Positions 11,541 through 22,549 of a stretch of 64,000 bases of DNA are shown here, one piece after another. Numbering within the stretch: position 1 is the first letter of the stretch; each line of letters starts with the position of its first letter. Under the pieces are notes generated by a model. It did not search any database. It was not told where the DNA came from and saw nothing but the letters and a program-made list of their open reading frames with translations. A program made the position numbers and the translations under genes. Location: contig JAPOQU010000108.1 in NCBI GenBank assembly GCA_026710545.1, forward strand, positions 8,196 to 72,195, read 5' to 3'. Source of the stretch: Gammaproteobacteria bacterium. GTDB lineage: Bacteria > Pseudomonadota > Gammaproteobacteria > Eutrophobiales > Eutrophobiaceae.

Positions 11541-11999
11541 ATGTTCCGGGGTTTCAGCAGCGTCAGTCTTGACAGCAAGGGCCGTTTAGCCATACCCAGC
11601 CGTTTCCGCGAACGGCTTGTGGAGATTGCCGGCGGTTGCCTGGTGCAGACCCTCAATCCACTGGACAGGTCCCTGTGGCTGTATCCCCTTCCCGAATGGG
11701 ACCTCATCGAAGAGAAGCTGGCCGAGTTGTCCGATTTCGACAGGCAGAGCCGCAGGACCAAGCAGATGATGCGCGGCTATGCGACAGATTGCCAGTTGGA
11801 TTCTCACGGGAGAATCCTGGTCCCGGCAGAACTGCGCGACTACGCCCAACTCGATAAGCAGGTCATCATCCTGGGTCAGGGCAACAAGTTTGAAATCTGG
11901 AACCGCGGCAGTTGGGAGGAACAGCGCGACCATTGGCTGGGCATGGTGGGTGATGAAGAGGGGACCCCTGCCGATGCGTTGCAGTCATTGTCCTTATGA
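11541..11999 (+). CDS. mraZ: transcriptional regulator MraZ
   Basis: MFRG, LDSKGRLAIP and LDSHGRILVP motifs; first gene of the dcw cluster. Confidence 0.96.
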   Translation: MFRGFSSVSLDSKGRLAIPSRFRERLVEIAGGCLVQTLNPLDRSLWLYPLPEWDLIEEKLAELSDFDRQSRRTKQMMRGYATDCQLDSHGRILVPAELRDYAQLDKQVIILGQGNKFEIWNRGSWEEQRDHWLGMVGDEEGTPADALQSLSL

Positions 12000-12023
12000 T
12001 GAACGGGTATCACATCGTTCAAG

Positions 12024-12956
12024 TTGAATGAATACGCACATAAACCGGTTTTGCTCAATGAAGCGCTGGCTGCGCTTGCACTGCGACCGGATGGCTGTTA
12101 TGTGGACTGCACCTTCGGTCGCGGCGGCCACAGCAGGCCAATCCTGCAACGCCTTGGCAACCGGGGCCGGTTACTCGCCTTCGATAAGGACCCGGAAGCA
12201 ATCAGGTCCGCCCAAAACGAATTCGCCGGTGATAAACGCGTCAGAGTTGTCCCGGGTTCATTCACCCGCCTTGCAGAGGTGGTCGAAGAGATGGATATGA
12301 TGGGTGCGGTCGATGGCTTGCTGTTTGACCTCGGCGTATCATCGCCGCAACTGGATGATGCTTCCCGGGGATTCAGTTTTCAGAAGGAAGGCATGCTTGA
12401 TATGAGGATGAACCCCGGTGAGGGGTTCAGCGCAGCAGACTGGATAAACCAGGCGAGTGAAGCGGAACTGAGTGGCGTGCTGCGCCGTTACGGTGAAGAG
12501 AGATATGCCGCACGAATCGCCCGCGCCGTCGTGGCCGGGCGTTCTGAAACCGCCATTGCGTCTACCCGGCAACTGTCTGCCCTGATCAAAGACGCGGTCC
12601 CTGCCACCGAGCCGGGCAAACATCCTGCTACCCGTTCGTTCCAGGCCATCAGGATCCTCGTAAATAATGAACTCGAAGAGTTGGAGACCGTGTTGAAGCA
12701 GGTACTCGACGTCTTGCGGGACGGGGGGAGACTGGCCGTAATCAGTTTCCACTCAGGGGAAGACCGTATTGTGAAAAGGTTTATCAGGCAACAGTCCCGC
12801 GCCGACCCCTACCCCAGTTACCTGCCCGTAACCGGTAGTGAGATCAAACCCAGGATGCGGGCGGTTGGCCGGCCCGTCAAATCCGCAGAGGAAGCAAACC
12901 GCGACAACCCGCGTGGCAGGAGCGCCATTTTGAGGGTTGCGGAGAAGCTGCCGTGA
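12024..12956 (+). CDS. rsmH: 16S rRNA m4C1402 methyltransferase
   Basis: HKPVLL, DCTFGRGGHS, DLGVSSPQLD and ISFHSGEDRIVK motifs; TTG start. Confidence 0.96.
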   Translation: MNEYAHKPVLLNEALAALALRPDGCYVDCTFGRGGHSRPILQRLGNRGRLLAFDKDPEAIRSAQNEFAGDKRVRVVPGSFTRLAEVVEEMDMMGAVDGLLFDLGVSSPQLDDASRGFSFQKEGMLDMRMNPGEGFSAADWINQASEAELSGVLRRYGEERYAARIARAVVAGRSETAIASTRQLSALIKDAVPATEPGKHPATRSFQAIRILVNNELEELETVLKQVLDVLRDGGRLAVISFHSGEDRIVKRFIRQQSRADPYPSYLPVTGSEIKPRMRAVGRPVKSAEEANRDNPRGRSAILRVAEKLP

Positions 12957-13219
12957 TTAAGCCTGCCGTTATACTCCTGCTCGTCTTCACCGTACTGGTT
13001 TCAGCCGTATCGGTAGTTCAGACGCAGCACGTCTCGCGCAAGGTGTTCATGGAGATAGAACAATTGAAAAAGGACCGGGACCTGTTGAATGAAGAATGGG
13101 GAAGGCTCCAGCTTGAACAGAGTACCTGGGCGCTGGATGAGCGGGTAGAGCGTACGGTGAAAGAGGAATTGGGCATGTACGTCCCCGAGAACGGTTCCCT
13201 GGTCTTTCTGGTGCCATGA
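12953..13219 (+). CDS. ftsL: cell division protein FtsL
   Basis: TM segment plus coiled coil EWGRLQLEQSTW; lies between rsmH and ftsI. Confidence 0.9.
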   Translation: MIKPAVILLLVFTVLVSAVSVVQTQHVSRKVFMEIEQLKKDRDLLNEEWGRLQLEQSTWALDERVERTVKEELGMYVPENGSLVFLVP

Positions 13220-14928
13220 GCAGCCAGGTTCCTGAATCCGGTTATGCAGGCCGCAAGTGGTTTCTGCTGGCGCTGTTCAGCCTCGCCGCAACGGCGGTTG
13301 CCTGCCGGGTTTTCTATCTGCAGATTTTGAACAAGGACTTTCTGATCGACCAGGGCGATGCCAGGGCCATTCGCAGCGTCGAGATTCCGGCATACAGGGG
13401 CACGATTACGGACAGGAATGGCGAACCTGTGGCTGTCAGTACGCCGGTGGCGTCAATCTGGGCCGCACCCGGGAAGGTCCTGGATTCAGGGGCCGGCCTG
13501 GGAGAACTGGCCAACCTGCTGGATACATCGGTGGAAGAGATACGGCGGTTTATGACTGACCGGCAGGACAGGAATTTCGTATTCATGAAGAGGCATGTCC
13601 TGCCCGACACGGCGCGCCAGGTACGGGACCTGAGAATTCCGGGGATCAATATCGACAAGGAATACAAGAGATATTACCCAATCGGTGAAGTAGCATCCCA
13701 CCTGATCGGGTTTACCGACATAGACGATGCGGGCCAGGAAGGAATCGAACTGGCGTTTGATGACTGGTTGCGGGGTGAGCCGGGTAAAAAACGGGTACTG
13801 AAGGACCTGTATGGTTCCATCGTCAAAGATATCGAGAACATCAGCCAACCCGTCCCCGGCCGGTCCCTGACCCTGGCCCTGGACCAGCGCCTCCAGTACC
13901 TGGCGTACCGGGAGTTGCAAACAGCGGTGCTGCGCAACAAGGCCCGTGGCGGTATGTTGCTGTTGCTCGGCGTCAGGACCGGTGAGGTTCTCGCCCTGGC
14001 GGTACAACCACCGTTCAATCCGAACAACCGCGCTGATTTCAAGGGCAACCAGTACAGGAACCGCGTGGTAACGGATGTGTTCGAACCCGGTTCCACCATA
14101 AAACCGTTCACCATCACGGCGGCGCTGATGTCGGGGCTGTACCAGCCGGAGACCACGGTTGATACCGCGCCCGGGAAACTCAACATCGGCCGCTATTCGA
14201 TCAGCGATCTCAATAATTACGGGACCCTGAGCATCAGCGACGTGATCCGTAAATCGAGCAACGTGGGCACAACCAAGGTGGCGCTGTCACTGGGTCCGGA
14301 ACGGCTTTGGAAATTACACCATAACATCGGTTTCGGCAGCCCGACCATGAGTGGATACCCGGGCGAAGTGCCGGGGACGCTTACTGATTACGCCGACTGG
14401 TCCAGTCTGGACCTGGCGACGGTTTCGTACGGATACGGCATCTCGGTAACGACCATGCAGTTGGCTCAGGCCTATTCCGTTATCGCCACCGGTGGTCTTC
14501 TGTATCCGATCAGCTTTCAGAAAGTCAGCACGACCCCCGCACCTCGGCGCGTGATACCGGAAATGGTCGCGTTTGAGGTGAACAGGATGATGCGAACGGT
14601 AATCGGACCCGGCGGCAGCGGCAGGCGGGCAGCTGTCGAAGGCTACCATATCGCCGGTAAAACCGGCACCGTACACAAGACATCGGAATCCGGTTACGAG
14701 GAAGACCGTTACACTTCGCTGTTTGCCGGCTTTGCCCCGGCAACGGAACCCCGCCTGGTTCTGGTTGTCGTGATAGACGATCCCGGTGCGGGTCAGTATT
14801 TCGGCGGCCAGGTCGCCGCACCCGTGTTTTCCCGGGTAATGCAAGGGGCATTACGGATATTGAATATTCCCCCCGACAACCTGATCGGGTTGAAAAAGCA
14901 GGCGTTGCTTGCCGGCAACACCAGGTGA
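13216..14928 (+). CDS. ftsI: peptidoglycan D,D-transpeptidase FtsI (PBP3)
   Basis: RGTITDRNG; SxxK (EPGSTIK), SSN and KTG motifs. Confidence 0.95.
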   Translation: MSSQVPESGYAGRKWFLLALFSLAATAVACRVFYLQILNKDFLIDQGDARAIRSVEIPAYRGTITDRNGEPVAVSTPVASIWAAPGKVLDSGAGLGELANLLDTSVEEIRRFMTDRQDRNFVFMKRHVLPDTARQVRDLRIPGINIDKEYKRYYPIGEVASHLIGFTDIDDAGQEGIELAFDDWLRGEPGKKRVLKDLYGSIVKDIENISQPVPGRSLTLALDQRLQYLAYRELQTAVLRNKARGGMLLLLGVRTGEVLALAVQPPFNPNNRADFKGNQYRNRVVTDVFEPGSTIKPFTITAALMSGLYQPETTVDTAPGKLNIGRYSISDLNNYGTLSISDVIRKSSNVGTTKVALSLGPERLWKLHHNIGFGSPTMSGYPGEVPGTLTDYADWSSLDLATVSYGYGISVTTMQLAQAYSVIATGGLLYPISFQKVSTTPAPRRVIPEMVAFEVNRMMRTVIGPGGSGRRAAVEGYHIAGKTGTVHKTSESGYEEDRYTSLFAGFAPATEPRLVLVVVIDDPGAGQYFGGQVAAPVFSRVMQGALRILNIPPDNLIGLKKQALLAGNTR

Positions 14929-16436
14929 CGATGTTGACCGTGGCCAGGCATCGAACCGGTTTCCCACTGCAGACTTTGCTGGAAGGCATGACCGATGCGC
15001 CTGTTCAAGGCAATATCCTGGTGCAGGGGATCAGTTCCGACAGCCGGGATATCAGGGAGGGTGATTTATTTATCGCCTGCCGGGGTACGCATACCCGCGG
15101 CAGCCTGTTCATCCGGGATGCTCTCAAGGCAGGGGCAGTGGCAGTAGTTATGGATGAGGAGTTGATGTCAGACCTGGACCGGCGCCGCAGCGCAATATTT
15201 CCGGTCGCGGATTTGCCGGACAAGCTGGGTTTGATTGCCGGGCGATTTTACGGCAACCCTGCTGAACACCTGCATCTCACCGGCGTTACCGGAACCAATG
15301 GTAAAACCTCGATCTGTTGGTGGCTGGCGAAAGTCCATTCATTGCTGGCCGGCAGACCGGCAGGCTTGATTGGCACGCTTGGACACGGCAGTTATCCGCG
15401 CCTTGATCCAGGACCGAATACAACACCCGGCGCGGTCAGCCTGCAGCGCCTGTTGGCCGGATTCGTAGAGGCGGATGCGGACACCGCGTTCATGGAAGTA
15501 TCGTCCCACGCCCTGGACCAGGGCCGCGTCAACGGGGTTGATTTCGACGTGGCCGTGTTCACCAATCTCAGCCACGACCACCTGGATTACCACCGCAACC
15601 TGCAGGACTACTTCCAGGCCAAGCAAAAACTGTTCCTGTTCGATTCATTGCGTGCTGCCGTGGTCAACTGCGATGATACATTCGGGCGCGCCCTGCTGGA
15701 CAGTCTGCCGTCAGGCATAGAGGTAATCGGTTACAGCTTGTCGGGAACCCCGCAGCAGTCAACTCCTCCACTCGTCAAGGCTGCGCTGCTGCCCGGCGCT
15801 GAACCGGTTCTTGATATTACCTGCCCCTGGGGGAACGGCCAGGTAAAGCCGGGGGTAACGGGCGCCTTCAACGCAGGCAATATCCTCGCCGTGGTTTCGG
15901 TGCTGGGCCTGGCGGGATTCCCCCTGGACCGGATCCTGGAGAAGCTGGAAAACATCGGCCCGGCGCCGGGCCGTATGGAAAGCTTCCGGCGCGCTGATGG
16001 TGCGCGCATCGTCGTTGACTACGCGCACACCCCCGCAGCCCTGGAACAGGTTCTCGCCAGCCTGAGGGAGTATTGTAAAGGACGCCTGATATGTGTCTTC
16101 GGTTGCGGCGGTGATCGGGACAGGAAAAAGCGGCCGCGCATGGGAGAAGTGGCACAAGCGCTTGCCGATGAAGTGATATTGACCGATGACAATCCGAGGC
16201 ATGAAGCCGGGGACGGCATCGTCGGGGACATTCTCTCCGGGATGACCGGCAGGGACCCTGCCCGGGTTGAAAGGAATCGTTCCGGCGCTATCGAACTGGC
16301 GCTGGGACAAGCGGGGCCCGATGACGTGGTCTTGATCGCCGGCAAGGGACACGAGGCGTGCCAGGAAGTTACCGGCAAGCGTTATCCCTTCAGTGATCGG
16401 CAGCAGGTCAGGCATCTCCTGGGGAAACAGGGGTGA
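14925..16436 (+). CDS. murE: UDP-MurNAc-tripeptide synthetase (meso-DAP type)
   Basis: GVTGTNGKT, MEVSSH, DHLDYH and DNPR motifs. Confidence 0.95.
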   Translation: MTMLTVARHRTGFPLQTLLEGMTDAPVQGNILVQGISSDSRDIREGDLFIACRGTHTRGSLFIRDALKAGAVAVVMDEELMSDLDRRRSAIFPVADLPDKLGLIAGRFYGNPAEHLHLTGVTGTNGKTSICWWLAKVHSLLAGRPAGLIGTLGHGSYPRLDPGPNTTPGAVSLQRLLAGFVEADADTAFMEVSSHALDQGRVNGVDFDVAVFTNLSHDHLDYHRNLQDYFQAKQKLFLFDSLRAAVVNCDDTFGRALLDSLPSGIEVIGYSLSGTPQQSTPPLVKAALLPGAEPVLDITCPWGNGQVKPGVTGAFNAGNILAVVSVLGLAGFPLDRILEKLENIGPAPGRMESFRRADGARIVVDYAHTPAALEQVLASLREYCKGRLICVFGCGGDRDRKKRPRMGEVAQALADEVILTDDNPRHEAGDGIVGDILSGMTGRDPARVERNRSGAIELALGQAGPDDVVLIAGKGHEACQEVTGKRYPFSDRQQVRHLLGKQG

Positions 16437-17788
16437 TCGATATGCAACTGTCAGCCGCCTGCGCCGCACTGAACGGAAAACTCATTGGAGAGGATCGGCG
16501 CTTCAGCGGTTGCAGCTATGACAGCCGCACACTTCAGCCCGGTGAACTTTTTATCGCCCTGCGGGGGGCGGCGCGCGACGGTCATGATTTTATACCCGAC
16601 GCGTTGGCAAAAGGCGCGGGCGGGGCGCTGGTAGACAGGGAAGCCGCGTACCCGTTGCCCGTGGTCAGGGTGGAAGACGCCAGGAAACAAGCAGGTCTGC
16701 TGGCCGGACACTGGCGCGCCGGGTTCGACCTGCCGGTCATCGCCGTTACCGGCAGCAACGGCAAGACCACGGTCAAGGAAATGATCAATTCCATCCTGTC
16801 GGTCAATTCGGAGGTATTGTCTACCAGGGGCAATCTGAATAATGACATCGGCGTGCCGCTGACCCTGTTCAGACTCGCGCCCGGTCACCGTTTTGCCGTG
16901 GTCGAGATGGGAGCCAATCATGCCGGAGAGATACGCTGGTTAAGCCGGATTACCAGGCCGGACGTGGCGCTGATTACCCAGTGCGCGCCTGCCCATCTTG
17001 AAGGTTTCGGCTCTGTTGAGGGAGTCGCCAGGGCCAAGGCCGAGATCTACGAAGGGCTTGCGCCCAACGGTACGGCGATAGTCAATATCGATGATGACTA
17101 CTGCGGAATGTGGCTCGAATGTTCCGGGAAGAACCGGCAAATCACGTTCGGCATGGGCGCAAAAGCAGATGTAACCGCAACCAATATCAACACTGACCTG
17201 GCTGCAGGCCGGACCCGGTTCGATCTCGAATACCGGACCGGGAAGGTCAATACTGAACTTGGACTGTACGGCGGGCATAACGTCGCTAATGCACTCGCCG
17301 CCGCGGCCTGTTGTGTTGCCCTCGATATCCCCCTGGAACAGGTTAAGGCAGGTCTCGAGAAAGTACGCCCCATCAAGGGCAGGATGCAGTTGAAGACCGG
17401 ACTGCGGGACGTACGCGTTTTTGACGACACCTACAATGCAAATCCCATGTCCCTGAACGCCGCACTCAAGGTCGTGTGCGAACTGCAGGGACGATCCTGG
17501 CTGATACTGGGTGACATGGGTGAACTGGGCGAGACCTCTGCCAGGTTTCACGAACAGGCAGGCGCGCAGGCGCGCACTCTCGGCATCGAGCGCCTGTACG
17601 GAATCGGTGAACTCGCCGCACATTCCGTCAAGGGTTTCGGCGCCGGCGCCAGGCATTTCAGCCTGATGGATGACCTGGTCGAAGCCTTGCGCCGGGACCT
17701 GCAACCCGGCGTTGTGTTGCTGGTCAAAGGCTCAAGGTCTATGGCCCTGGAGCGCGTAGTCAACGCCCTGACGGAGGAGAGCCGGTAA
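16433..17788 (+). CDS. murF: UDP-MurNAc-pentapeptide synthetase
   Basis: [27 protein letters not shown] and LVKGSR motifs. Confidence 0.95.
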   Translation: MIDMQLSAACAALNGKLIGEDRRFSGCSYDSRTLQPGELFIALRGAARDGHDFIPDALAKGAGGALVDREAAYPLPVVRVEDARKQAGLLAGHWRAGFDLPVIAVTGSNGKTTVKEMINSILSVNSEVLSTRGNLNNDIGVPLTLFRLAPGHRFAVVEMGANHAGEIRWLSRITRPDVALITQCAPAHLEGFGSVEGVARAKAEIYEGLAPNGTAIVNIDDDYCGMWLECSGKNRQITFGMGAKADVTATNINTDLAAGRTRFDLEYRTGKVNTELGLYGGHNVANALAAAACCVALDIPLEQVKAGLEKVRPIKGRMQLKTGLRDVRVFDDTYNANPMSLNAALKVVCELQGRSWLILGDMGELGETSARFHEQAGAQARTLGIERLYGIGELAAHSVKGFGAGARHFSLMDDLVEALRRDLQPGVVLLVKGSRSMALERVVNALTEESR

Positions 17789-18870
17789 TGCTGTTGTGGC
17801 TGGCAGAATACCTGACCCAGTTCTACAGCGGGTTCAATGCGTTTCAATACATAATCACGCGCACCATTCTGGGCGCCTTGACGGCCCTGTTCGTGGCCTT
17901 GCTGGTCGGACCCGGACTGATCCGCTACCTGGATAAATACAGGATTGGTCAGGAAGTGCGGGATGACGGTCCGGCAACGCACCTGCAAAAGGCCGGTACC
18001 CCGACCATGGGTGGTCTGCTGATCCTGTTGTCCATATCCATCAGCATCCTGTGCTGGGCCGACCTCTCAAACCGTTTCGTCCAGGTGGTTTTTGTCGTCA
18101 TCCTGGCATTTGGACTGCTGGGCTGGGTGGATGATTATCGCAAGATAGTAAGGAAGGATCCCAAGGGCCTCAGTGCGCGCTGGAAGTATTTCTGGCAGTC
18201 GGTCTTTGGCCTGTGCACGGCGGTTTTCCTGTATGCCAGTGCGGAAGTGCCGGCTGAAACAAGCCTGATCCTGCCGTTCATCAAATCGTTTAACCTGGAA
18301 CTTGGCCTGTTGTTTATCGTGACCAGCTATTTCGTAATCGTCGGGTCGAGCAATGCGGTGAACCTGACGGATGGCCTTGACGGCCTGGCGATCCTGCCGA
18401 CCGTCATGGTGGTGGGCGGCCTGACTGCGTTCGCCTACGTTGCCGGCAATATCAGGTTTGCCGAGTATCTCGGTCTGCCTTATGTGCCCGGCGTGGGAGA
18501 AATCTGTATTGTCTGCGCTGCTATCGCAGGTTCCGGACTCGGGTTTCTCTGGTTCAACACCTATCCAGCCCAGGTCTTCATGGGAGATATCGGCGCCCTG
18601 TCGCTGGGCGCCGCGCTCGGAACCATTGCGGTCGTCGTCAGGCAGGAGCTGGTCCTGTTCATTATGGGCGGCGTGTTCGTCGTCGAAACAATTTCCGTCA
18701 TGCTGCAGGTGGCATCGTACAAGCTGACGGGCAGAAGGATATTTCGTATGGCGCCGCTGCACCACCACTATGAATTGAAAGGCTGGCCTGAGCCGCGGGT
18801 TATCGTGCGCTTCTGGATCATCACGGTGATCCTGGTTCTGATCGGGCTGGCGAGCATGAAGATCAGGTGA
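17788..18870 (+). CDS. mraY: phospho-MurNAc-pentapeptide translocase
   Basis: [23 protein letters not shown] and APLHHHYE motifs. Confidence 0.97.
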   Translation: MLLWLAEYLTQFYSGFNAFQYIITRTILGALTALFVALLVGPGLIRYLDKYRIGQEVRDDGPATHLQKAGTPTMGGLLILLSISISILCWADLSNRFVQVVFVVILAFGLLGWVDDYRKIVRKDPKGLSARWKYFWQSVFGLCTAVFLYASAEVPAETSLILPFIKSFNLELGLLFIVTSYFVIVGSSNAVNLTDGLDGLAILPTVMVVGGLTAFAYVAGNIRFAEYLGLPYVPGVGEICIVCAAIAGSGLGFLWFNTYPAQVFMGDIGALSLGAALGTIAVVVRQELVLFIMGGVFVVETISVMLQVASYKLTGRRIFRMAPLHHHYELKGWPEPRVIVRFWIITVILVLIGLASMKIR

Positions 18871-18883
18871 CGGATGTTCAGAC

Positions 18884-20290
18884 ATGGGATTACCGATGAT
18901 GCAGGCTGTAGCGGATACGGGTAACCGCAACATGACTGAAACTGCGCAACGGTTCGATACGCTGGTGCTGGGTCTGGGCAAGACCGGTATGTCCTGTATC
19001 AGGCACCTGGCAGGTTCGGGAGCCAGGCTGGGTGTCGCTGATACCAGGCAGGACCCGCCTGAACTGCAGACCCTGAAACAACAGTACCCGCTGGTGCCTT
19101 TCTTCGGCGGAGAATTTGCAGCGGGCCTGCTGTGCCGGGCGCGCAGGCTGGTTGTCAGTCCGGGAATCGCGCCGGCCCACCCGGCAATCCGCGCCGCACA
19201 AGATGCGGGAGTGGAAATAATGGGCGACGTGGAAATATTCTGCCGGCACATAAATGCGCCGCTCATCGCGGTAACCGGGTCAAACGGCAAGAGCACGGTG
19301 GTGAGTTTACTTGCAAAGATGCTGGAACGTTCGGGTCTGCGGGTTGGTCTGGGGGGGAACTTCGGCACCCCTGCACTGGATTTGCTGTCCCCCGACATAC
19401 CGGATTATTACCTGTTGGAACTGTCCAGTTTCCAGCTCGAAACATTGCGTTCGCACAGGCCTGCGGCTGCTGCGGTACTGAATGTTTGCGCCGATCACCT
19501 GGATCGCTACGGGGATATGCGGGAGTATGCGCGCGCCAAGGAAAATATTTATGCCGGCGGCGGGACCATGGTCATCAACCTGGATGATGAGATTGTGTCC
19601 GGCATGTCACAGCCGGGGCGGGAAACGCTTACGTATTCACTGGCATTGCCGGAAGCTGATTTCAGCATCAGGCGTCGCAACGGAGAAAACTGGCTGGTGA
19701 ACAGGGATGCGGCACTGGTACAACAATCCGATCTCAAGGTCCACGGCAGGCACAACCTGGCAAATATCCTGGCATCTCTTGCACTTGGGAGAGCCCTGGA
19801 CGTGCCTGTGCCTCCCATGCTGGAAGCGTTGTGCGAGTTTACCGGGCTGCCCCACCGTTGTGAGCGGGTGGCCGGGGTCAACGGCGTGGACTGGTTCAAT
19901 GATTCAAAAGGGACAAACGTCGGCGCCACGCTGGCGGCGTTGAACGGTTTGTCGAATGGCCGGCAGAACATAATCCTGATCGCCGGCGGTGACGGGAAAG
20001 GCGCAGATTTCTCGCCGTTGGGGAGCGCGATCGGGAAACACGTCAAGTCAACAATAGTGATCGGCAAGAGCGCCAATGATATTGCCGCCATCGTGCCGGA
20101 CGGGAAAACCGTTTTTTATGCAACCGGAATGGAACCCGCGGTGAATACCGCGTTCCGTCTCGCGCGTCCGGGGGATACCGTGTTGCTGTCCCCGGCCTGC
20201 GCCAGCCTGGATATGTTCAGGGATTTCGCCGAACGGGGTGATGTGTTCAAACGCTGTGTCGCCGAGGTTCTGGCGAGGGCTGGAAGATAA
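18884..20290 (+). CDS. murD: UDP-MurNAc-L-Ala:D-Glu ligase
   Basis: GLGKTG, TGSNGKST, ELSSFQL, NDSKGTN and LLSPACAS motifs; start may be ATG 18932. Confidence 0.95.
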   Translation: MGLPMMQAVADTGNRNMTETAQRFDTLVLGLGKTGMSCIRHLAGSGARLGVADTRQDPPELQTLKQQYPLVPFFGGEFAAGLLCRARRLVVSPGIAPAHPAIRAAQDAGVEIMGDVEIFCRHINAPLIAVTGSNGKSTVVSLLAKMLERSGLRVGLGGNFGTPALDLLSPDIPDYYLLELSSFQLETLRSHRPAAAAVLNVCADHLDRYGDMREYARAKENIYAGGGTMVINLDDEIVSGMSQPGRETLTYSLALPEADFSIRRRNGENWLVNRDAALVQQSDLKVHGRHNLANILASLALGRALDVPVPPMLEALCEFTGLPHRCERVAGVNGVDWFNDSKGTNVGATLAALNGLSNGRQNIILIAGGDGKGADFSPLGSAIGKHVKSTIVIGKSANDIAAIVPDGKTVFYATGMEPAVNTAFRLARPGDTVLLSPACASLDMFRDFAERGDVFKRCVAEVLARAGR

Positions 20291-21480
20291 TGCAGAAAAT
20301 GCAGGCAATCAGGCTCCAGGATGTAAAGACGGCAAGCTGGCACGAGTACGATCCCTGGTTGGTCCTGGCCGTCATCTTCCTGCTGGTAGCGGGAGTGGTG
20401 ATGGTTGCTTCCTCTTCCGTCGCCCTTGCCGAACGCCTGCACCAGGATCCGTTTTACTATCTGCAGCGTCAGGCCCTGGCGTTACTGGCCGGCCTGGTGG
20501 TTGGCGCCGTTATCCTGAAGTCACCGGTGACCATGTGGGAGAAACTGGGGACGCCCCTGCTGTTGCTGGCGATCCTGTTGCTGGTGCTGGTTTTGATCCC
20601 CGGGATTGGCCGGGAAGTCAACGGCAGTGCGCGCTGGATCAGGTTGGGTCCCGTTAACTTCCAGAGCTCGGAACTGGCCAAGGTCTGCATTATTACCTAT
20701 ATCGCCGCCTACCTGGTGCGCCACGCCGGGCGCCTGCACCTGACCTTTACCGGTTTTATCCGGCCCATCGCCGTCATCACCCTGATCTCGGGCCTGTTAT
20801 TGCTGGAGCCGGATTACGGTACGGTCGTCGTTATTTTTCTGACCACGATCGGCATGCTGTTCATGGCCGGAATTCCGGCAAGCAGGTTTTTTATCTGGGT
20901 GCCGGTAATTACGGCCGCATTGGCCGCGCTGGTAATATTCTCGCCGTATCGCCTGGAAAGGTTGAAGGCATTTATGAACCCGTGGGATGACCCGTTCAAT
21001 TCAGGTTATCAGCTTACCCAGTCTCTGATTGCCTTCGGCAGGGGTGAGTGGTTCGGTGTCGGTCTGGGCAGCAGCGTACAGAAGCTGTTTTACCTGACCC
21101 AGGCGCATACGGACTTTATTTTTGCCATAACCGCAGAAGAGCTGGGTCTGCTGTTTACCCTGCTGGTTACCCTGGCATTTTTCGTTTTTGTCTGGCGGGT
21201 GTTCAGTATCGCCGGAGTCGCACATCAGCTTGGGAAGCATTTTGCCGCATATATGGCTTACGGAATCGGCCTTATCATCGGTATCCAGGCATTTATCCAC
21301 ATGGGCGTGAACGTGGGTTTACTGCCCACCAAAGGTCTGACCCTGCCGTTGTTCAGTTACGGCGCCAACAGCATTGTCTCCAGTTGCATCCTGGTCGCGA
21401 TCCTGTTGCGCATCGACCTCGAAAACCGCTTTCCCCGCGGCGTCAGGATACACAGAAAGGTGTCAAACCGTGAAGACTAA
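20290..21480 (+). CDS. ftsW: SEDS peptidoglycan polymerase FtsW
   Basis: NGSARWI, EPDYGT, AHTDFIFA and PTKGLTLP motifs. Confidence 0.95.
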   Translation: MQKMQAIRLQDVKTASWHEYDPWLVLAVIFLLVAGVVMVASSSVALAERLHQDPFYYLQRQALALLAGLVVGAVILKSPVTMWEKLGTPLLLLAILLLVLVLIPGIGREVNGSARWIRLGPVNFQSSELAKVCIITYIAAYLVRHAGRLHLTFTGFIRPIAVITLISGLLLLEPDYGTVVVIFLTTIGMLFMAGIPASRFFIWVPVITAALAALVIFSPYRLERLKAFMNPWDDPFNSGYQLTQSLIAFGRGEWFGVGLGSSVQKLFYLTQAHTDFIFAITAEELGLLFTLLVTLAFFVFVWRVFSIAGVAHQLGKHFAAYMAYGIGLIIGIQAFIHMGVNVGLLPTKGLTLPLFSYGANSIVSSCILVAILLRIDLENRFPRGVRIHRKVSNRED

Positions 21481-22549
21481 CCCGATCATGATCATGGCGG
21501 GAGGGACCGGCGGACACGTGTACCCGGCACTGGCGGTAGCCGATTACCTGCGTGCAAAAGACATTCCGCTGTTCTGGCTGGGAACGACCCGCGGGATCGA
21601 GAGCCGCGTTGTCCCGGAACATGGCATTGAACTGTTGACCATCATGATAAGCGGTGTACGCGGCAAGGGGTTGCCGGGCAAACTGGTTGCGCCGGTTAAA
21701 ATACTGACCGCAATACTCCAGGCCCTGTATATCTGCATTCGGCGGCGTCCGGCTGCGGTCCTGGGGATGGGGGGGTTCGCCAGCGGTCCCGGCGGTATTG
21801 CGGCGTGGTTGTTGCGTATCCCGTTATTGATCCATGAACAGAACAGGATTGCAGGTACGACCAACCGGATCCTTGCCCGCTTTGCGGTAAAGGTAATGCA
21901 GGGTTTTCCGGATACGTTCAGGGCCGGCTCCAGGGTCGTCACCACCGGCAATCCGGTACGCCGGGAGATCGTGGAGTTGAGCGTATCGAAAACCGGTAAA
22001 ACAGCAAAGCGGCCGAATATCCTGGTGCTCGGCGGCAGTCAGGGCGCGCAACAGTTAAACCGGGTGCTGCCCCCGGGCCTGGACAGGTTGCAGGGCAGGT
22101 TGAAGGTGAACGTCTGGCATCAATGCGGGGCGAAAAACCTGGCAGAGACGGAGCGTCTCTATGGAAGCCTGCAACTGGACCAGGTCAGGGTCGATGCGTT
22201 TATTACCGATATGGCCGCTGCCTACGCCTGGGCGGATATAGCCATATGCCGGGCCGGCGCCCTTACGATTGCGGAACTGTGCGCCGCCGGACTGGCGTCG
22301 GTTCTGATCCCGTTTCCCTACGCCATCGACGACCACCAGACCGCCAATGCCCGCTACCTCAGTGACGCCGGCGCTGCCCTGCTGTTGCCGGAACATGAAT
22401 TGACTGAAGATCGGGTAGCCGAACTGTTATGGCAACTGTGCAGTGAGGAAGACAGCTTGCATGGGATGAGACAGAAAATCCGTTCCTATGCCTGCCCGGA
22501 CGCCGCGCAGGCGGTGGGTTCATTGTGTCTGGAGGAAGCTTATGCCTGA
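21470..22549 (+). CDS. murG: lipid II GlcNAc transferase
   Basis: AGGTGGHVYP, HEQN, GGSQGA and DDHQTANA motifs; start reassigned to GTG 21470. Confidence 0.95.
   Translation: MKTNPIMIMAGGTGGHVYPALAVADYLRAKDIPLFWLGTTRGIESRVVPEHGIELLTIMISGVRGKGLPGKLVAPVKILTAILQALYICIRRRPAAVLGMGGFASGPGGIAAWLLRIPLLIHEQNRIAGTTNRILARFAVKVMQGFPDTFRAGSRVVTTGNPVRREIVELSVSKTGKTAKRPNILVLGGSQGAQQLNRVLPPGLDRLQGRLKVNVWHQCGAKNLAETERLYGSLQLDQVRVDAFITDMAAAYAWADIAICRAGALTIAELCAAGLASVLIPFPYAIDDHQTANARYLSDAGAALLLPEHELTEDRVAELLWQLCSEEDSLHGMRQKIRSYACPDAAQAVGSLCLEEAYA

Noticed and set aside
18067-19398. Long antisense or alternative-frame ORFs (also 49760-51139, 53824-54852, 60182-61294)
   Set aside because: They lie opposite well-supported genes, show no recognisable motifs, and are expected in GC-rich coding DNA.
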